DNA from: Acutalibacteraceae bacterium
GTDB taxonomy: Bacteria; Bacillota; Clostridia; Oscillospirales; Acutalibacteraceae
Length of the DNA: 64,000 nucleotides
Assembly (NCBI GenBank): GCA_045606785.1
Contig: JAZUSN010000017.1
Coordinates: forward strand, 187 to 64,186
Direction of reading: 5' to 3'
Shown: positions 20,359 to 30,116 of the stretch, piece after piece
How the letters are laid out: each line of letters opens with the position of its first letter
Position numbering within the stretch: position 1 is the first letter of the stretch
Program-made: the position numbers and the translations under genes
The notes under the pieces: model-generated
Told to the model about the DNA's origin: nothing
Databases searched by the model: none
Seen by the model: only the letters and a program-made list of their open reading frames with translations

Positions 20359-20892
20359 ATGGATTTTAAAGTGATTGCAGAAAGCCGTCAGTCGTGCAGA
20401 AGCTATGACGAGACAAAAAACGTTGAAAAAGAAAAGCTTGACGCTATAATCGAAGCGGCAAGGCTTGCCCCCTCGGCGTGTAACGCTCAGCCCTACCGCA
20501 TAACGGTGTGTACAGATTCTGCGGCAAAGGCTGTCGCCAAGGCAACCCAGGGTATGGGAATGAACAAATTTGCAACGCAGGCCCCCGTTATGATTGTTTT
20601 ATCGGAGGATTCATACAACACAACGGCAGCGGCAGGCTCAAAGCTCAAGAAAAACGATTACCGTTCGATCGATATAGGCATCGTAACGGCATATATTACA
20701 GCGCAGGCAACGGAGTTCGGGCTTTCGACCTGCATTCTCGGCTGGCTTGACGACAAGCAGATACGCAAAATCTGTTCGCTGGATTCCCCTGTCAGGCTCG
20801 TTATTGCGTTGGGCTACGCAAGCGCTGACGATAAGCTGAGAGAAAAGAAACGCAAGCAGACAAGCGAATTTGTAAGCTTTATCAAAGAATAA
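20359..20892 (+). CDS. Nitroreductase family protein
   Basis: MDFKVIAESRQSCRSYD...AARLAPSACNAQPYR is a typical nitroreductase N-terminus. The internal ATG at 20359 is preferred over the ORF-track start at 20305. Confidence 0.85.
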   Translation: MDFKVIAESRQSCRSYDETKNVEKEKLDAIIEAARLAPSACNAQPYRITVCTDSAAKAVAKATQGMGMNKFATQAPVMIVLSEDSYNTTAAAGSKLKKNDYRSIDIGIVTAYITAQATEFGLSTCILGWLDDKQIRKICSLDSPVRLVIALGYASADDKLREKKRKQTSEFVSFIKE

Positions 20893-20920
20893 ATTTTTAT
20901 AGTATACAGAGGTGTTAACT

Positions 20921-21937
20921 ATGGGCAGATACGCAATTTACGGTGCAGGCTCCCTGGGCACGGTCCTTGGCGCTTACATCACAAAAAACGGCGGTGAGAT
21001 AGACCTTATCAACCGCAACAAAGCTCACGTTGAGGCACTCAACACAAAGGGTGCAACAATTAAGGGCACAGTCAGCATGAACGTTCCCGTAAAGGCAATC
21101 ACTCCCGACGAAATGAACGGTCAGTACGACGTGATCCTGTTGATGACAAAACAGCTTTTCAACAAAGAGGTTGTTACAAAGCTTAAGGATCATCTGACAG
21201 ACAGCGGTGTTATCGTAACACTTCAAAACGGTCTGCCCGAGCCCGGAATTGCAGAAATCGTCGGTGCAAACCGCACGATGGGCTGCACGGTTGAATGGGG
21301 CGCAGCGCTCAACGAACCCGGCGTATGCACACTCACAAGCGAACCCGACAGCCTCTCATTCCATATGGGCAAGATGGACGGCATATCCGATGCACAGTTT
21401 AAAATGGTAAAAGACCTGCTTGAGCTTATGTGCCCCGTACACGAGGAGGATAACCTCATCGGTGCACGTTGGTCAAAGCTTCTTATCAACGCAACGTTCT
21501 CAGGTCTCGGCGCAGTTGTCGGCGGCGTATTCGGCGACGTATCCGAAAACAAGGCAGGCCAGAAGGTTGCTGTAAGATGTATGAAGGAGTGCATTGACGT
21601 AGGCCACGCAACAGGCGCAACATTCGCACCCGTCCAGGGCAAGAACATCACAAAGCTTTTCTACTACACAAACCCGATAAAGCGTGCAGTTGCAACGTTC
21701 CTCATTCCCATTGCAATGAAAAAGCACCGCGACATCGAGCCCTCTATGCTTCAGGACCTCAAGAAGGGCAAGCCCTGCGAAATTGATGCAATCAACGGCG
21801 TTGTATGCGAATGGGGCAGAAAGACAAATACGCCCACACCCATAAACGACCGAATAGTTGAAATTATCAAAAAGTGCGAAAGCGGCGAGCTTAAGCCCCA
21901 GGCATCGAACATTTCTCTGTTTGACGATTTACTGTAA
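20921..21937 (+). CDS. Ketopantoate reductase (PanE/ApbA) family oxidoreductase
   Basis: MGRYAIYGAGSLGTVLGAYI Rossmann motif, plus family-typical length and C-terminal domain. Confidence 0.85.
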   Translation: MGRYAIYGAGSLGTVLGAYITKNGGEIDLINRNKAHVEALNTKGATIKGTVSMNVPVKAITPDEMNGQYDVILLMTKQLFNKEVVTKLKDHLTDSGVIVTLQNGLPEPGIAEIVGANRTMGCTVEWGAALNEPGVCTLTSEPDSLSFHMGKMDGISDAQFKMVKDLLELMCPVHEEDNLIGARWSKLLINATFSGLGAVVGGVFGDVSENKAGQKVAVRCMKECIDVGHATGATFAPVQGKNITKLFYYTNPIKRAVATFLIPIAMKKHRDIEPSMLQDLKKGKPCEIDAINGVVCEWGRKTNTPTPINDRIVEIIKKCESGELKPQASNISLFDDLL

Positions 21938-21942
21938 TATTT

Positions 21943-21971
21943 AACAGGCAGGTTTACCCTGCCTGTTTTTT
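21943..21971 (+). terminator. Rho-independent terminator
   Basis: AACAGGCAGG / CCTGCCTGTT stem followed by TTTTT. Confidence 0.85.
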
Positions 21972-22024
21972 ATTGAAATATTAACACTAATATGATAATA
22001 TAAATCCATAAGGAGGGATAGGAT

Positions 22025-23101
22025 ATGGAACTGATGACCTACAAATGCCCTAACTGCGGCGGTGCGATTACGTTTGAAAGCGGAAATCAGGATTTTAAAT
22101 GTGAATACTGCGACAGCGTGTTTACGAAGGAGCAGCTCGCAGAGTATGATGAGATCCTCAAAAACAGCGGTCAGCCTGCTGACACACAGACCGTTGACGA
22201 ATTCGGCTGGAAGGACGAAGAGAACGAGGCAAAGCTGGAAAACGTCAACGCATACATCTGCAACCATTGCGGCGCTGAGATCATAACCGACGCTACCACC
22301 TCGGCATCAGAATGCCCATACTGCAACAGCCCGATAATCATAGCTCCGCAGCTCACGGGCGGACTTCGCCCCGACGTTGTGATTCCCTTTAAAATTCAGA
22401 AAGAGCAGGCCGAAAAAGCGCTGCAGGATTTTTATAAAGGCAAGCTGTTTTTGCCAAAGGAATTCAAAAAAGGCAACAGAATCAAAGAAATCAAGGGCGT
22501 TTATATCCCCTTCTGGCTGTTTGACTGCAGCGTCGGCGCAAACTTAACCTATAACGCAACAAGAGTAACGCATTGGCAAGATTCAAGCTACGAATACACC
22601 AAGACTGACAGATACAAAATATGGCGCTCGGGAAGTCTCAGCTTTGAAAAAATTCCCGCCGATGCATCCTCCAAAATGGATGACGCATATATGGATGCGA
22701 TTGAGCCGTACAACTATGCCGACCTCGTTGACTTTGATGCGGCCTACCTTTCGGGCTATATGGCAGACAGATACGACGTGACCGTTGAACAAAACACACC
22801 TCGTATAAACAGCCGAATCGAAGCTACAACGGTTGACACCTTCCGCCAGAGTATCAGCGGCTACACAACGGTTACACCGGACACAAAAAACATAGGCGTC
22901 AGTAACGGCAAAGCTAAATACGCCCTGCTTCCCGTATGGATGCTCAGCACAAAGTATAAAGACAAGATGTACACCTTTGCAATGAACGGCCAGACAGGAA
23001 AACTTGTAGGAAGCCTGCCGGTTGACAAGAAAAAATACTGGGGATGTCTGCTCGGCATCGCCGCAGGACTCATTGCGCTGGGTCAGCTCTTTGTATTTTA
23101 A
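22025..23101 (+). CDS. Double zinc-ribbon protein with C-terminal TM anchor (uncharacterised family)
   Basis: CPNCGG...CEYC and CNHCGA...CPYC zinc-ribbon pairs. C-terminal hydrophobic segment WGCLLGIAAGLIALGQLFVF. Confidence 0.7.
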   Translation: MELMTYKCPNCGGAITFESGNQDFKCEYCDSVFTKEQLAEYDEILKNSGQPADTQTVDEFGWKDEENEAKLENVNAYICNHCGAEIITDATTSASECPYCNSPIIIAPQLTGGLRPDVVIPFKIQKEQAEKALQDFYKGKLFLPKEFKKGNRIKEIKGVYIPFWLFDCSVGANLTYNATRVTHWQDSSYEYTKTDRYKIWRSGSLSFEKIPADASSKMDDAYMDAIEPYNYADLVDFDAAYLSGYMADRYDVTVEQNTPRINSRIEATTVDTFRQSISGYTTVTPDTKNIGVSNGKAKYALLPVWMLSTKYKDKMYTFAMNGQTGKLVGSLPVDKKKYWGCLLGIAAGLIALGQLFVF

Positions 23102-23115
23102 GGGGGGGAAGAAAA

Positions 23116-23997
23116 ATGAAGAAAACAGTTTGTTTAATCGTTTCTTTTATATTTGCCTTCGTCCTCGCTGTCCCCTGCTTTGCTCAGGTTGATTCGCCGT
23201 ATATGATTGACAATGCGGACCTGCTCAGCGACTATGAAGAGCAGTATCTGCTGACAGAAATTGAAAACCTGCGCAGCGAATACGGCTACGACATAATTAT
23301 TCACACGACGTACGATACTGAAGGCAAAGATATTATCAGCTACTGTGACGATTACTATGATGAGGGCGGTTATGCTGAAGACGGTCTGATTTTTGTTATC
23401 AGTATGGCAGAGCGTGATTACTATACGAGCACCTGCGGCACGCTTGTTGACTCCCTGCCCGATTATCAGATTGATTACATTTGCGCAAGCGTTACGCCTT
23501 ACCTCTCCGAGGGCAGTTACTTTGCCGCTTTTGAAGAATATCTGCGCGGACTGAATTCGTATTTCGGCGGCTACGAAAGCGGCGAAATTTCGCCCGATAT
23601 TCACTACGGCGACTATTACGGCGATGACTACTATTACTCTACTGACGATTATTATTACACGGATAATTATCAGCCGTCGGTAAAGGAATATGCAATTCGC
23701 GAGTTTGTCGTAATACTAGTGGCGTTTATCATAGCCTTTATTATCACAACAATAATCAAGAGTAAAATGAATACAGCCGTAAAGCAGCGCGATGCAGACA
23801 GCTACGTTGTTGACGGCAGCTTTGTGCTCAACGGTCAGCGTGATGCATTTGTAGGCACGCACACCGCACGCAGAGCCATACCGAAAAACAACAACACCAA
23901 CCACGGCGGCAGAGTCGGCGGCGGTGGTATTGGCGGCGGAGGCGGACATATATCCTCCGGCGGTGTAAGACACGGCGGCAGCGGCGGAAAGTTCTGA
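23116..23997 (+). CDS. TPM-domain (YgcG-like) membrane protein with Gly-rich C-terminal tail
   Basis: Signal peptide MKKTVCLIVSFIFAFVLAVPCFA. MIDNADLLSDYEEQYLLTEIENLRSEYGYDIIIHTT is TPM-domain-like. It has a central TM segment and the tail GGRVGGGGIGGGGGH. The ATG at 23116 is preceded by GGGGGGAAG. Confidence 0.8.
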   Translation: MKKTVCLIVSFIFAFVLAVPCFAQVDSPYMIDNADLLSDYEEQYLLTEIENLRSEYGYDIIIHTTYDTEGKDIISYCDDYYDEGGYAEDGLIFVISMAERDYYTSTCGTLVDSLPDYQIDYICASVTPYLSEGSYFAAFEEYLRGLNSYFGGYESGEISPDIHYGDYYGDDYYYSTDDYYYTDNYQPSVKEYAIREFVVILVAFIIAFIITTIIKSKMNTAVKQRDADSYVVDGSFVLNGQRDAFVGTHTARRAIPKNNNTNHGGRVGGGGIGGGGGHISSGGVRHGGSGGKF

Positions 23998-24002
23998 AAA
24001 AT

Positions 24003-24047
24003 AAACAACTTCGAAAGATTTCAATCAATCGAAGTTGTTTTTATTTT
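24003..24047 (+). terminator. Rho-independent terminator
   Basis: AAACAACTTCGA / TCGAAGTTGTTT stem followed by a T-run. Confidence 0.85.
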
Positions 24048-24207
24048 AGTCAGATTGTGCTGTTTTATGATAGTTTTATGCACACCTGCGCTTTTTTATA
24101 AGCAGTTGATTTCTCATTTTTATCAAAAAAAGAAAAGATAAATTCAATGTTGTTACGCGGAGAAAATTGTGATACAATTATATCAACAAAAGCAAAGGAG
24201 TAATATA

Positions 24208-25224
24208 ATGATACCTTTTCTGATAATTCTCGCTGTTATTATTTTAATCATCGGTGCTGCCGTTTTACTGGGATACAGTATGTACAACGCTGTTTTCGGC
24301 AAGCGCTGTGACGGTAACGAAAGGCTCAAATACTTCACACACAACGATTTCGAGTCACTCAAGGCCGCACCGATAGAATTCCCGAACAAAAACGGTGAAA
24401 TGCTCAGAGGCGCAATCTACGCAAAAGCAGGTGTGCAAAAGCCCGACGCGCTGATAGTTTTTTCACACGGCATGGGCGGCGGACATCTGAGCTATATGAC
24501 CGAAATCAACACGTTCGCCGAGAACGGATTTGCCGTGCTCGCCTATGACAACACGGGCACATTTTCATCCGACGGAAATAAGCTTGGCAGCTTCTGCCAG
24601 GGTCCTGCTGACCTTAAGGCAGCGCTCAGATTTGTTGCGGCACATCCTGTGCTCAGCAAGATGCAGATAATTCTTGCAGGCCACTCCTGGGGCGGATACT
24701 CCGTTTGTCAGGCACTCGGTCACCCCGACGTAAAGGTTGACGGTGCGGTAACATTCGGTGCACCCGACAGCGGTTACCAGGTAATCAGCGCCGCTATGGG
24801 TGAAAAGCTCAGCTTCCTCACTCCTGTATTCAAGCTGTTTTTCCGCATTTTCGAGGGCAAGGACGCTATGGTCACTTGCGCCGAATCGCTGGCAAAGGCC
24901 GAACCGACACCTGTGCTTTTGCTGCAGGGTGACGAGGATGCAATAGTCAGAAAGAACGTATCAGCTGCACTTGCCGCCAAAGATCTGCCGCACGTAAGGT
25001 CGGTTTTCTTCAAGGGAAGATACCATAATGTTTACCAGACAATAGCATCGGAAGAATATATGAACGGCACTTTTGCCAAAATCAACGAGCTCAAAAAGAA
25101 CAAATACGCAAGCGAAGAGGAGCTCTCCGCCTGCTACGACAATATCGACTATGAACTAATGACAAGAGAAGACCCTGCAGTAATAGACCTGGTCATACAG
25201 TTTATGAAAAACTGCATTGTATGA
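24208..25224 (+). CDS. Alpha/beta hydrolase with N-terminal TM anchor
   Basis: GHSWGG nucleophile elbow. MIPFLIILAVIILIIGAAVLL anchor. AAAGGAG RBS before the ATG at 24208. Confidence 0.8.
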   Translation: MIPFLIILAVIILIIGAAVLLGYSMYNAVFGKRCDGNERLKYFTHNDFESLKAAPIEFPNKNGEMLRGAIYAKAGVQKPDALIVFSHGMGGGHLSYMTEINTFAENGFAVLAYDNTGTFSSDGNKLGSFCQGPADLKAALRFVAAHPVLSKMQIILAGHSWGGYSVCQALGHPDVKVDGAVTFGAPDSGYQVISAAMGEKLSFLTPVFKLFFRIFEGKDAMVTCAESLAKAEPTPVLLLQGDEDAIVRKNVSAALAAKDLPHVRSVFFKGRYHNVYQTIASEEYMNGTFAKINELKKNKYASEEELSACYDNIDYELMTREDPAVIDLVIQFMKNCIV

Positions 25225-25234
25225 GGTGATACAG

Positions 25235-25786
25235 ATGAAGCTTTTTATTGCATCGGATATACACGGCTCCGAATATTACTGCAAAAAACTAATAAGCGCA
25301 TATAAGCGTGAGGAAGCGGACAGAATGCTTCTGCTCGGCGATATACTCTACCACGGTCCGAGGAATGACCTCCCCAAAGGCTATGCACCAAAGGCTGTAA
25401 TCGAGCTGCTTAACGCCATGAAGGACGAAATACTCTGCGTGAGAGGTAACTGCGACACAGAGGTTGACCAGATGGTGCTGAACTTCCCCGTCCTCGCAGA
25501 TTATGCGGTAATTTTTGACGGCGCACTCACGGTATACGCAACACACGGCCACGTGTACAACGAAAGCAACCTCCCTCCGCTCAAAAACGGTGACGTGCTG
25601 CTTCACGGACACACACACGTGCCCGCCTGCGTTGAGCACGAGGGCTACACCTACATCAACCCGGGCTCTGTTTCAATCCCGAAAGAGGACAGCCACCACG
25701 GATATATGATACTCGAAAACGGAGTATTCATCTGGAAAAGCCTTGAGGGTGATGTGATAAGAGTTTTTGATAAATCGGGTGATTAA
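25235..25786 (+). CDS. YfcE/MJ0936-family metallophosphoesterase
   Basis: MKLFIASDIHGS...LLGDILYHGPRN...GNCD...THGH...HGHTH is the calcineurin-like phosphodiesterase motif series. Confidence 0.85.
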   Translation: MKLFIASDIHGSEYYCKKLISAYKREEADRMLLLGDILYHGPRNDLPKGYAPKAVIELLNAMKDEILCVRGNCDTEVDQMVLNFPVLADYAVIFDGALTVYATHGHVYNESNLPPLKNGDVLLHGHTHVPACVEHEGYTYINPGSVSIPKEDSHHGYMILENGVFIWKSLEGDVIRVFDKSGD

Positions 25787-25800
25787 TAAGTTAAAGTAAA

Positions 25801-25835
25801 AGAAGCTGCATCGCAGGATGCAGCTTCTTTGTTTT
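25801..25835. terminator. Bidirectional terminator between convergent genes
   Basis: AGAAGCTGCATC / GATGCAGCTTCT stem followed by TTTGTTTT. Confidence 0.85.
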
Positions 25836-25843
25836 ATTGCGGT

Positions 25844-28800
25844 TTATTTAACCTTAACTGTAATGATCTCGAACGGCTTTACGGGAAGAGTAACGGAATT
25901 GTCGGTAACGGTAAGCTCCTCGATTTCGTTCTCCATAAGATCGCAGAGCACTGCACGGCTGACGTCAAAGCCAAACGTAAGCTTTGCACCGTTTACGCGC
26001 TTATTCCAGCTTTCGTACATACGTACAACCGTTTCGTCGCTGTCCTCAGCCTTCTTGACTGTATCAATAACAACGTTTTCGTCTGAAACGCTGACAAAGC
26101 TGTAGCTTTCGGGCAGAGCACCCTGCTGAGCGCTGAGCTTAACGGCAGTCATCGGGTTGTTGAGGTCGTAAGCGAGCTGCACCGTACCTGCCTGAGTAAA
26201 TGAGCCGATATGCGGACGGAGTGAATAAACAAACTCATGGTGTCCCTTGTCTGCCTTGGGGCTGGGATGTGTTGCACACTTGAGAAGTGTGAGTCTGATA
26301 ACGCTGTCATGTATGTCGTGGCCGTACTTACAGTCGTTAAGAATACTTACGCCGTAATCACACTCGGAAATATCAGCAAACTTGTGAGCGCATACCTCAA
26401 ACTTTGCGGCATCCCAGCTTGTGTTGCCGTGTGTGGGACGCTCAACGCTACCGAACTGAATCTCGTACGTTGCCTTATCTGCGTTGATTTCAACGGGGAA
26501 TGCAGCTTTGACGAGGATATGCTCCTGATGCCAGTCTGCTGTTGTGTCGAAATCAATCTTATCAATATCGGCATAGAGCCATACCTTCTGCTCAATTACG
26601 CTGTCGAAGAACTTACGTGTGATCTTAAAGCCCTTGCGTACACCCTCATCGAGCATTTCAACAGCGCTTACGTCGCTGATCTCCCAGCGCTTTTCTTTAT
26701 AGTAAACGGAAATCTCCCATGCGTCGTACTCTCTCGGGAAGTCCTCATAAGCTTCGATGACGTTTGCACGCTCACCCGCTTTGAGCACCTCACGACCTGC
26801 ACGCTTATCGTAAATACGGCTGATTGTATAATCATCGGCAAACTCAATGATAAAGAAGGCGTTTTCGAGCTTCTTGTCAGCTACGTCTACCGTACCCTCG
26901 CTCTCGTTGCCTTTGACAACCTTCCAGCCCTTTGCGGGGATATCCTTGACGTAAATCTTTTCACCGTCTACGTCAACCACACCGCTGTTTGTAAATGAAA
27001 GAGGATTGAAAACAGCAATACCGCCCTGTGTGCCTATTTTTGCGGCAATGCCTGCCTTTGCTGTGTCGAGCATATCTCTGCCGACAGCACCGATTGCCTC
27101 ATACTGTCTTGTGCTCTCCTCATAGACCTGGTAGATTGATGAGCCGGGAATAATATCGTGGAACTGGTTGAGAAGTATGCACTCCCAACCGTCATTAACA
27201 GCCTCCTGCGGATAAGCCGCGCCGTTGAAGCGGCGGTTGATTTCGCTGAAAAGCTCAACGTTCTGATAGAGGAATTCGCTCTTTCGGTTATAACGCTTGT
27301 TGCAAGCGTTGGATGTGTACGTGCCTCTGTGGAACTCAAGGTAGAGCTCACCTACCCAACGAGGCATTTTCGGATGATTTTCCGTGCGCTGCTTGACTCG
27401 CTCAAGGTAATCGCCTGCAAACTCCATCTTCGTGTTGGGAAGTGAAGGAATACCGTGCTTGAATCTGTCATAATTTTCAAGATGTCCCTGAGTCGGGCCG
27501 CCGCCACCGTCACCGTGGCCGAAGGTGATGATAACCTCGTTGTTGATATGCTTTTGCTGATATCTGTTCCAGCAGCCCTTGACAAGGTTTGCCTCGAGCA
27601 TTGCGTTATATGTAGTGTTACGGTTTATTGTATTTTCCTTATCGCAGCTCTGTGCCGTAAGGAAGTGGGTGAATATCTCTGTTGAATCAATGCCGCGCCA
27701 CATAAACGTATCGTAAGGCATCATATTTGTTTCATTCCAGCTGATTTTGGAGGTTACGAACTTATCGACACCGCTCTTGCGAAGAATCTGCGGAAGTGCT
27801 GCGCTGTAGCCGAATACGTCGGGCAGCCAGAGCACCTTGCTGTCAACGCCGAACTCCTTATTAAAGAATCGTTTGCCGAAAAGCACCTGACGCACAAGGC
27901 TTTCGCCGCTTGTAAGATTACAGTCAGCCTCAACCCACATTGCGCCTTCGACTTCCCACCTGCCCTCTTTGACAAGCTGCTTTATTTCCTCGTATACATC
28001 GGGAGCTTCCTCTTTGAGGTACTTGTAAAGCTGTGCTTGTGACGACATAAACTTGTATTCGGGATACTGCTTCATAAGAGCAACAACCGTCGAGAATGAA
28101 CGCACGACCTTTTCTCTGGTCTGGTCAAGAGTCCACAGCCAGGCTACGTCGATATGTGTATGGCCGATACAGATACAGTTGACCTCCTGCTCGTGACAGT
28201 ATCTGCCGTAGAACTCGTCGCGCATATAGTCGAGCGCTTTCTGTGAGGATTCTCTGCACTCGGGTGAGCCGGGCACACGCATATCGATCATATTGAGTGC
28301 TGTATTTACGTGCATAAGAATATCTGCATAATCCTTGCTCGTATCCTTGAGCAGGCGCAAAGTATCATAAGGCACCTTCAGATCATAATAAAGCTTTTTG
28401 TAAAGCTCGTCCACAACGAAAAGGTTGCAAACCACGCTGTGACGGCATCTGTTCATACCCGTATAAGCGTAGACGTAAATCTCGTATTCATCGCTGCCCT
28501 CAAGCATTGTGTAACGGTGGTTGGAATCACAGCCGTTCATCAGCTTGCCGTTGGCATAAACCGTGAACTGAGGATCACGGTCAACCTCTGAGTTAAAGCT
28601 GCCTGTTTCAAAATAGAACTCAACCGTCTTCCCCTTCATACTGTCGGGCATAACAATTTTTTTATAGAACCATGCGTGAGAATCGACTGTATCGCCCCAA
28701 CGGTCATACTTACCGAAATCCTGCCACTCATCGGTAACAGCAGGCGGCATACCTCCTACAGGCTTATAGCCGCAGGGAAGATACTTGAAATCGGTTATTT

Positions 28801-28873
28801 CAACAGAATCAGAAAAAACAAGCTTTTGAATCTCCGGCAGAAACACACGGAGCTTATCAACCAAAAAGTTCAA
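25844..28873 (-). CDS. GH38 family alpha-mannosidase (cytoplasmic, MngB-like architecture)
   Basis: 1009 aa. GHTHIDVAWLW, GHGDGGGGPT and FHRGTYTS are GH38 hallmark motifs. Confidence 0.9.
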   Translation of the reverse strand: MNFLVDKLRVFLPEIQKLVFSDSVEITDFKYLPCGYKPVGGMPPAVTDEWQDFGKYDRWGDTVDSHAWFYKKIVMPDSMKGKTVEFYFETGSFNSEVDRDPQFTVYANGKLMNGCDSNHRYTMLEGSDEYEIYVYAYTGMNRCRHSVVCNLFVVDELYKKLYYDLKVPYDTLRLLKDTSKDYADILMHVNTALNMIDMRVPGSPECRESSQKALDYMRDEFYGRYCHEQEVNCICIGHTHIDVAWLWTLDQTREKVVRSFSTVVALMKQYPEYKFMSSQAQLYKYLKEEAPDVYEEIKQLVKEGRWEVEGAMWVEADCNLTSGESLVRQVLFGKRFFNKEFGVDSKVLWLPDVFGYSAALPQILRKSGVDKFVTSKISWNETNMMPYDTFMWRGIDSTEIFTHFLTAQSCDKENTINRNTTYNAMLEANLVKGCWNRYQQKHINNEVIITFGHGDGGGGPTQGHLENYDRFKHGIPSLPNTKMEFAGDYLERVKQRTENHPKMPRWVGELYLEFHRGTYTSNACNKRYNRKSEFLYQNVELFSEINRRFNGAAYPQEAVNDGWECILLNQFHDIIPGSSIYQVYEESTRQYEAIGAVGRDMLDTAKAGIAAKIGTQGGIAVFNPLSFTNSGVVDVDGEKIYVKDIPAKGWKVVKGNESEGTVDVADKKLENAFFIIEFADDYTISRIYDKRAGREVLKAGERANVIEAYEDFPREYDAWEISVYYKEKRWEISDVSAVEMLDEGVRKGFKITRKFFDSVIEQKVWLYADIDKIDFDTTADWHQEHILVKAAFPVEINADKATYEIQFGSVERPTHGNTSWDAAKFEVCAHKFADISECDYGVSILNDCKYGHDIHDSVIRLTLLKCATHPSPKADKGHHEFVYSLRPHIGSFTQAGTVQLAYDLNNPMTAVKLSAQQGALPESYSFVSVSDENVVIDTVKKAEDSDETVVRMYESWNKRVNGAKLTFGFDVSRAVLCDLMENEIEELTVTDNSVTLPVKPFEIITVKVK

Positions 28874-29032
28874 AACACGTCCTCCTAAGTAACTTAATGT
28901 TACGGACAGTTTAACACAATATATTGTAAAATAAAAGTATTACCCATCAACTTTTTGTTAAAAATTTCATATAATTTTTTGTGCTGTTTTACCATAATAA
29001 ACGGCATAGAACTGACCTGAGGAGGGAAACAA

Positions 29033-29317
29033 ATGCAACACTGCATTGCAAACCTTAGAACAAAGGAAGTTATCAACAAAAAGGACGGCTGCAGACTCGG
29101 CCACGTATGCGACGTTGAGATTGATGCGTGCAACGGTCAGGTAATAAACTTGATTGTCTGCAGGGGCGGAAGAATGTTTTCGCCCTACGCCTGCGATCAC
29201 GATTTGCGTGTGCCGTGGTGTGATGTTGACGTAATCGGCGACGATATAATCCTCGTATGCTACACACCATCCACAGCACCGCCGCAGGGCTGCTCAAGAA
29301 GAGGATTTTTCAGATGA
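29033..29317 (+). CDS. YlmC/YmxH family sporulation protein (PRC-barrel)
   Basis: LRTKEVINKKDGCRLGHVCDVEIDACNGQVINLIV...DVIGDDIILV is characteristic of the family. GAGGAGGG RBS. Confidence 0.8.
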   Translation: MQHCIANLRTKEVINKKDGCRLGHVCDVEIDACNGQVINLIVCRGGRMFSPYACDHDLRVPWCDVDVIGDDIILVCYTPSTAPPQGCSRRGFFR

Positions 29318-29845
29318 GCCGAAGTAAATAAAAGGCACGGTTGTGTTAAGCGTGACGTCGGGTGCGCTTGTGGGATTGAAGCGGTAGCTATCAACCGCAA
29401 GTGCACCGCCCACCTCATCGCAGGTAAAAGAAAAACCGTACCACTGCGTATCGCACCGCTTGACGCCGCCGCTGTCTGACAGTAGCTCATCACCAATACC
29501 AAGCACGGAAAACACAGCTTCGACCTGACTGCTCTCAAAGCCGCAGAAAGCGCCGACGGCATCTGCCGCAAGCTTCGAAAAGCCCGAATTTTTGCTGCCG
29601 GCATATATTACACTCACGCGAACAAGACACCCGTTCGGCTCAGAAAACATTGAGACTTTGAAGCCGTCAACATAGCAGCTCTCTTTCAGGAACTCACCGC
29701 TGTACGTTTCCTCAACAACACAGCGGTATCCCCTCCTGTGCATTGCCGAAAGGAAATCAAGGCTGTCCCTCTCGCCTATCCGCACACAGGAAGCTGTAAG
29801 CAAACAAAGAATTACTGTCATAAACAAAAGGCAGATTTTTTTCAT
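29294..29845 (-). CDS. Lipoprotein, function unknown
   Basis: MKKICLLFMTVILCLLTASC lipobox-like signal. Its 3' end overlaps the ylmC-like gene by 24 nt (convergent). Confidence 0.7.
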   Translation of the reverse strand: MKKICLLFMTVILCLLTASCVRIGERDSLDFLSAMHRRGYRCVVEETYSGEFLKESCYVDGFKVSMFSEPNGCLVRVSVIYAGSKNSGFSKLAADAVGAFCGFESSQVEAVFSVLGIGDELLSDSGGVKRCDTQWYGFSFTCDEVGGALAVDSYRFNPTSAPDVTLNTTVPFIYFGSSEKSSS

Positions 29846-29950
29846 AGTCCTTTACTCTCCTTTTCAATGGTTATATTCACCAAAATGATGTGTTTGCAGA
29901 CCGATATATACATATATATGTAGAAAACAGTAAAATCATAATTTTGGGTA

Positions 29951-29979
29951 TTGCAATATCAAATAAAATAAATTAAAAT
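29951..29979 (+). promoter_or_regulatory. Candidate sigma-A promoter of the pur operon
   Basis: TTGCAA, a 17-nt spacer, then TAAAAT, about 155 nt upstream of the purE ATG. Confidence 0.5.
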
Positions 29980-30075
29980 ATACTTATTATTGAATGAGGG
30001 ATGTGGCGACAATGCGTATTATTTACACTGTATGCTGTATAGTACCTTGCCGCATTCTGTCAACTGCAGAATAAC

Positions 30076-30116
30076 GGCTGTTGCGCCAATATAGGTGTAA
30101 CAGCCTTAATCTTTTT
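30076..30116 (+). terminator. Leader terminator (attenuator) upstream of purE
   Basis: GGCTGTTGCGCC-aatata-GGTGTAACAGCC is a 12-bp stem including two G-U pairs. It is followed by TTAATCTTTTT and ends 20 nt before the purE start. Confidence 0.55.

Noticed and set aside
23134-23604. 156-aa minus-strand ORF
   Set aside because: It is antisense to the TPM-domain gene, which has a signal peptide, an RBS and family motifs.
26237-26998. 253-aa plus-strand ORF
   Set aside because: It lies entirely antisense within the well-supported GH38 gene. It is Cys/Val/Leu-rich and low in complexity, has no RBS and shows no recognisable motifs.
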